This document shows positions 60,451-64,000 of a stretch of 64,000 nucleotides of DNA, in pieces. The DNA comes from Candidatus Thorarchaeota archaeon (GTDB lineage Archaea > Asgardarchaeota > Thorarchaeia > Thorarchaeales > Thorarchaeaceae): positions 11,972 to 75,971 of the forward strand of contig PRDH01000015.1 of NCBI GenBank assembly GCA_003345545.1. Direction: 5' to 3'. Under the pieces are notes generated by a model. It saw only the letters and a program-made list of their open reading frames with translations, was not told the origin of the DNA and searched no databases. Within the stretch, counting starts at the first letter, position 1; each line of letters opens with the position of its first letter. A program made the position numbers and the translations under genes.

Positions 60451-61707
60451 ATGACTGAATATAAGGTCAAAGACATGAGCCTTGCAGAAGAAGGCAGAGA
60501 CCTCATTGACTATGCAGAGAAACACATGCCCGTTCTCATGCATCTGAGGGAGAAATATTCCAAGACAAAACCCTTGAAGGGAATGAGAATTGCCGGATGT
60601 CTACATGTGACCAAAGAGACTGCAGTTCTAGTAGAAACACTGCGAGCTGCTGGAGCTGAGGTCGCATGGTCAGGATGCAATCCGCTCTCTACAAATGACA
60701 AGGTAGCTGCCGCCCTTGCTGCCAATAATGTGCCAGTCTTTGCGTGGCACGAATTGACCAAGGAGGAATATTATTGGTGTATCGAGCAGACTCTGAAGAG
60801 CAAGCCAACGCTTACGCTTGATGATGGTGCAGATCTCATCTTCACTCTTCACAACAAGCACAGTGAGTTGATTCCAAATCTGTATGGTGGTTCTGAGGAA
60901 ACGACGACAGGAGTCATTAGGGTCAGAGCCATGGCAGAAGATGGGGCACTCAAGTACCCAATCATCGCAGTAAATGACGCTGACACAAAGCATCTGTTCG
61001 ACAACGTCTACGGAACCGGACAGAGTGTCTTTGATGGTCTACTCAGAGCCTCAGCAATATTGGTGGCTGGAAAGACGGTGGTCATCGGTGGGTATGGATA
61101 TTGTGGTCGAGGTATGGCAACCAGAGCGAAGGGAATGGGTGCAGATGTGGTTGTCACTGAAGTTGACCCTGTACGTGCCTTGCAGGCAAGAATGGATGGG
61201 TATAGAGTCATGAAAATGGATGATGCTGCTCCCATCGGTGATGTATTCCTGACTGCAACAGGAATGAAGGATGTTGTGGTTAGTCGTCATATGAAGAAGA
61301 TGAAGAGCGGAGCCATCATGGGCAATGCTGGACACTACAACGTTGAGGTCAATGAACCCGACCTCTTGGCGCTCAGCAAAGAGAAGAAGCGCGTCAGACA
61401 TGCATTGGATCAGTACGAAACAAAAGACGGTCGGTTCCTCTACCTACTGGGCGAAGGGCGACTCGTCAATCTGGCGGCAGGGGAAGGTCATCCGAGCTCT
61501 GTGATGGATCTATCATTCTCGTGTCAGTTCAATGCAATGATGTGGCTCACTAAGAACGGCAAAGGTCTGAAACCGGCAGTCTACGAGTTCCCTAAGGAAC
61601 TGGATCGCGAAACAGCAATGATGAAGCTACAAACCATGGGAATTACGATTGACGAATGGACTGAAGAACAAAGACGATACGCAAAAGCCTACAACGAAGG
61701 AACATGA
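60451..61707 (+). CDS. ahcY: Adenosylhomocysteinase
   Basis: MPVL, CLHVT.ETAVL, CNPLST, LDDGADL, EETTTG, KHLFDN.YGTGQS, GRLVNLAA.EGHPS.VMDLSF. Confidence 0.97.
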   Translation: MTEYKVKDMSLAEEGRDLIDYAEKHMPVLMHLREKYSKTKPLKGMRIAGCLHVTKETAVLVETLRAAGAEVAWSGCNPLSTNDKVAAALAANNVPVFAWHELTKEEYYWCIEQTLKSKPTLTLDDGADLIFTLHNKHSELIPNLYGGSEETTTGVIRVRAMAEDGALKYPIIAVNDADTKHLFDNVYGTGQSVFDGLLRASAILVAGKTVVIGGYGYCGRGMATRAKGMGADVVVTEVDPVRALQARMDGYRVMKMDDAAPIGDVFLTATGMKDVVVSRHMKKMKSGAIMGNAGHYNVEVNEPDLLALSKEKKRVRHALDQYETKDGRFLYLLGEGRLVNLAAGEGHPSSVMDLSFSCQFNAMMWLTKNGKGLKPAVYEFPKELDRETAMMKLQTMGITIDEWTEEQRRYAKAYNEGT

Positions 61708-61713
61708 ACTCAT

Positions 61714-61750
61714 GAGAATGGGGACTACACCCCATTCTCTTCTTCTTTAT
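61714..61750 (+). terminator. Probable terminator hairpin after ahcY
   Basis: GAGAATGGGG-ACTACA-CCCCATTCTC followed by TTCTTCTTT; overlaps the stop of the convergent gene. Confidence 0.6.
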
Positions 61751-64000
61751 TCATAGATTCACCATCAAGTCCGGCTGTTGCTTCATTCCTAAGGCGCTTT
61801 GTTTCTTGCATCGAATAATACAGCTTCTTTTGGGCCGCTTTCACTTTGCTTGGATGACGTTTCATCCAACCTTTCAAACGTCCTCTCTTTCGTTCATCGT
61901 TTGGAGGTGCCAGTATCCCCCAAAGAGCAACATCGTCTTCAGAAGATGCCCTGACGTCCCATTTCACAGAAACGCGATCGGACGAAATTGACCTTCGAAT
62001 CTCTCCTGGCGACTGTTCACTGGTCATTATGCCGTTAATATCACAGAGATGCTTTTCATCTTCGATATAGAGGGATGGGTTCGCTCTAATGACTTGCTCC
62101 AATTCTTTTGCCTTGGCTGCATCTTCTGGCTTAGTGGAGCTCATGAGTTCCTTGAGAGATCCCATACTAAGTGTGAAGTAAGTTTCCTCAACTCCTGAGG
62201 GGTAGTAGCGGACGTGCCTTGTCCCATGCTTTTCTATGAATTCAACAATTTGATGAGATATCTTCTGCTCAAGTCTGTATTTCTTACCTTTCTTAGCATC
62301 ATAAAGCACAACCGACCGACCCCAACAAATCCGAATGTTATCTTTCCTATCAATCGTAACACAACCTTCGTCAGGAATGAGCTCTTCGAGATATGCAAAC
62401 TGTAATTCTGGTGAACCATTCATTATGAATTCGGGGATACGAACATCCTGCAGGACTTTGTCGCCGACTGGCATTCCAACTCTAGCCAGTAGCCGACCCA
62501 CGATATTTGGCATTGCTAGACCGCACTCAGAACCATCACTCTTGTAGAGTGAGCGACAATTAATACCACCCAGAACTTGGACCATTGCTCGTAACTTGTC
62601 GCGACGCAATGCCACATTGTCATAATGTGATACTTTGTAATTACTATCTATAGACCCATCAGATCCAATCATAGCATATAGTCGAGCCAAGAGAATCTTG
62701 AGAGTTGTTTCGTCAGGGAATTTCGGATTCAGGATTTGCTCTCCAATACCAACTCTCTCTATCTTGCGGTAGACATCCTTCAAAGTCAATCCTTGTGAAT
62801 CGAGAATAAACCGTAATACTTCGCCTCTGAGAAGGTTCGAACGTGGCTTTAAGTCCTGAATCAGTCTGCCACAGCCAGAAAGCCCCCGTGGATCATATCG
62901 TGTAATCTGCTTAATTAGCTGACTGAGAAGATAGTTACCCTTCAATCCCAAATGCTTCAGCGCCGTATCTATGAGGGTCGTTCGATACTTATCGCTGAAG
63001 AAAAACAGTTCCTGGGAAAAAAGCTCAAGATAGTCAAATGGACTAGTTTCATCTCTCCAGAAGTATAACAGATCGCTGACCAGACCAAGACGAAGGTACT
63101 GCCTTTCAATGCCAAATCGCATTTGTACACAAAGTATCTTCTCAATTGCGGATCTATTTCGCTTGATGTTTCTAGATAAATCAAGTAGCCATCTTGGCCC
63201 TCGTATTTCATTGTAAGGGCGAAGTGGAACTACTATGACCTTCTCCTTGTTCCAATAATCCCTGTATAGCAACATCAGATGTTTGGCAATGTTCTCGACG
63301 GTCTGTTCATTTTTTGACTCAAGGGGCTTCAGTGTTCTATAGACAACTGAAGAATCAACCAATCTAGTATGAAATTCCGGGAGAAATCCATTTTCGAACC
63401 GAACTCGCATATACTCGTTTGTGAGCACAATACCAATGAGGCTGGGTCTATTCCCACTTAACCAGATTCTTGCAGTGTCGAAATTCGCATCGACTCTGCG
63501 TGCAAGTTCAGAATTGGACAGATGTGGATTCTTCTTCTGCAATTCGATGAGTCTGAAGTACTCCCGTACATCCCTCACCTTCTCTTCAAACCCCTCAATC
63601 TCGCGAAGGTAGGGGTGACGTTCAAGCATACCTAGGAAGTTCTCATAGGTCTGAGGCATAGAGGGCCTCTTCTTCCTCGTCTTTGCTGCACTCGGCTTGC
63701 CTGACATGGCTTCAGACTTCTTCAGTTCATCTCGTGCTATAGCTTCAATCAGGCGCGGTAGTGTGCCACGGACGACCCAATTCTTCAAAGATGTTGGCGG
63801 AACACCGTACTTCATTGATAGATGCCTGAGCATTGCCCTCTGCGACATGTGTGAGAAGTCTTCTCGTGCTAGCATGTCCTTGACCTTGTAGTAGACCTCA
63901 GCCAGTCGCAATCCCTTCCTGTAGTCCTTCCTCGTCTTGAGCTCAGGCCGCTCTTTGAGAGCGTGTTTGAAGTTCTCGAAGGTCGGTGGAATGAACTTCT
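61725..64000 (-). CDS. Partial large protein with HTH-containing repeats and a LAGLIDADG-like double-motif domain
   Basis: Frame stays open to the window edge (KFIPPTFENFKHALKERP...). Motifs ARLYAMIGSDGSI and AYLEELIPDEGCV, with G.PVGDK....RIPEFI between them. Confidence 0.7.
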   Translation of the reverse strand, partial: KFIPPTFENFKHALKERPELKTRKDYRKGLRLAEVYYKVKDMLAREDFSHMSQRAMLRHLSMKYGVPPTSLKNWVVRGTLPRLIEAIARDELKKSEAMSGKPSAAKTRKKRPSMPQTYENFLGMLERHPYLREIEGFEEKVRDVREYFRLIELQKKNPHLSNSELARRVDANFDTARIWLSGNRPSLIGIVLTNEYMRVRFENGFLPEFHTRLVDSSVVYRTLKPLESKNEQTVENIAKHLMLLYRDYWNKEKVIVVPLRPYNEIRGPRWLLDLSRNIKRNRSAIEKILCVQMRFGIERQYLRLGLVSDLLYFWRDETSPFDYLELFSQELFFFSDKYRTTLIDTALKHLGLKGNYLLSQLIKQITRYDPRGLSGCGRLIQDLKPRSNLLRGEVLRFILDSQGLTLKDVYRKIERVGIGEQILNPKFPDETTLKILLARLYAMIGSDGSIDSNYKVSHYDNVALRRDKLRAMVQVLGGINCRSLYKSDGSECGLAMPNIVGRLLARVGMPVGDKVLQDVRIPEFIMNGSPELQFAYLEELIPDEGCVTIDRKDNIRICWGRSVVLYDAKKGKKYRLEQKISHQIVEFIEKHGTRHVRYYPSGVEETYFTLSMGSLKELMSSTKPEDAAKAKELEQVIRANPSLYIEDEKHLCDINGIMTSEQSPGEIRRSISSDRVSVKWDVRASSEDDVALWGILAPPNDERKRGRLKGWMKRHPSKVKAAQKKLYYSMQETKRLRNEATAGLDGESMNKEEENGV

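Noticed and set aside
422-63891. Numerous 60-200 aa ORFs antisense to or overlapping the called genes (e.g. 3442-3924, 23310-23846, 45427-46053)
   Set aside because: Shadow frames of well-supported genes with no motifs of their own.
1-64000. CRISPR arrays, tRNA/rRNA genes, IS elements
   Set aside because: No regularly spaced repeats, cloverleaf or T-loop contexts, transposase ORFs or terminal inverted repeats were recognised by eye; a covariance-model scan would be needed to exclude small RNAs.

Overview
Gene-dense archaeal chromosomal segment. A Rab-like GTPase, a longin-domain protein, an arrestin-fold protein, fused HdrA proteins and AOR together point to an Asgard archaeon, probably Thorarchaeia-like (inference). 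From left to right: (1) a minus-strand operon of 2-hydroxyacid dehydrogenase, LsrK-like FGGY kinase, class II aldolase and AOR; (2) an ABC-2 exporter and SCP2 lipid carriers; (3) a large hdr cluster with two tandem-HdrA proteins (one fused to MvhD) around hdrCB; (4) an aconitase-aclB-aclA-icd operon encoding ATP-citrate lyase; (5) an arrestin-like gene, surface proteins and membrane-tethered wHTH regulators around a second hdrCB; (6) a kor (2-oxoacid:ferredoxin oxidoreductase) set split by a Rab-like GTPase and an NPRL2/GATOR1-like longin-winged-helix gene; (7) a 2-hydroxyacyl-CoA dehydratase/BCR-like trio, tandem acyl-CoA ligases and an acyl-CoA dehydrogenase; (8) a ~8.4 kb glycosylation island; (9) an Lrp regulator, ahcY and a truncated HTH-repeat/LAGLIDADG protein. 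The island appears to encode GDP-colitose synthesis (gmd, ColD, Fcl/ColC) plus a lipid-linked transfer relay (2 GT2, 2 SMR-like flippases, a GT-C-like protein). It is bracketed by two decayed copies of an aor-3'/pepD-3' junction. No tRNA, rRNA, CRISPR array or transposase was recognised. All family assignments are by eye from motifs, with no database searches.
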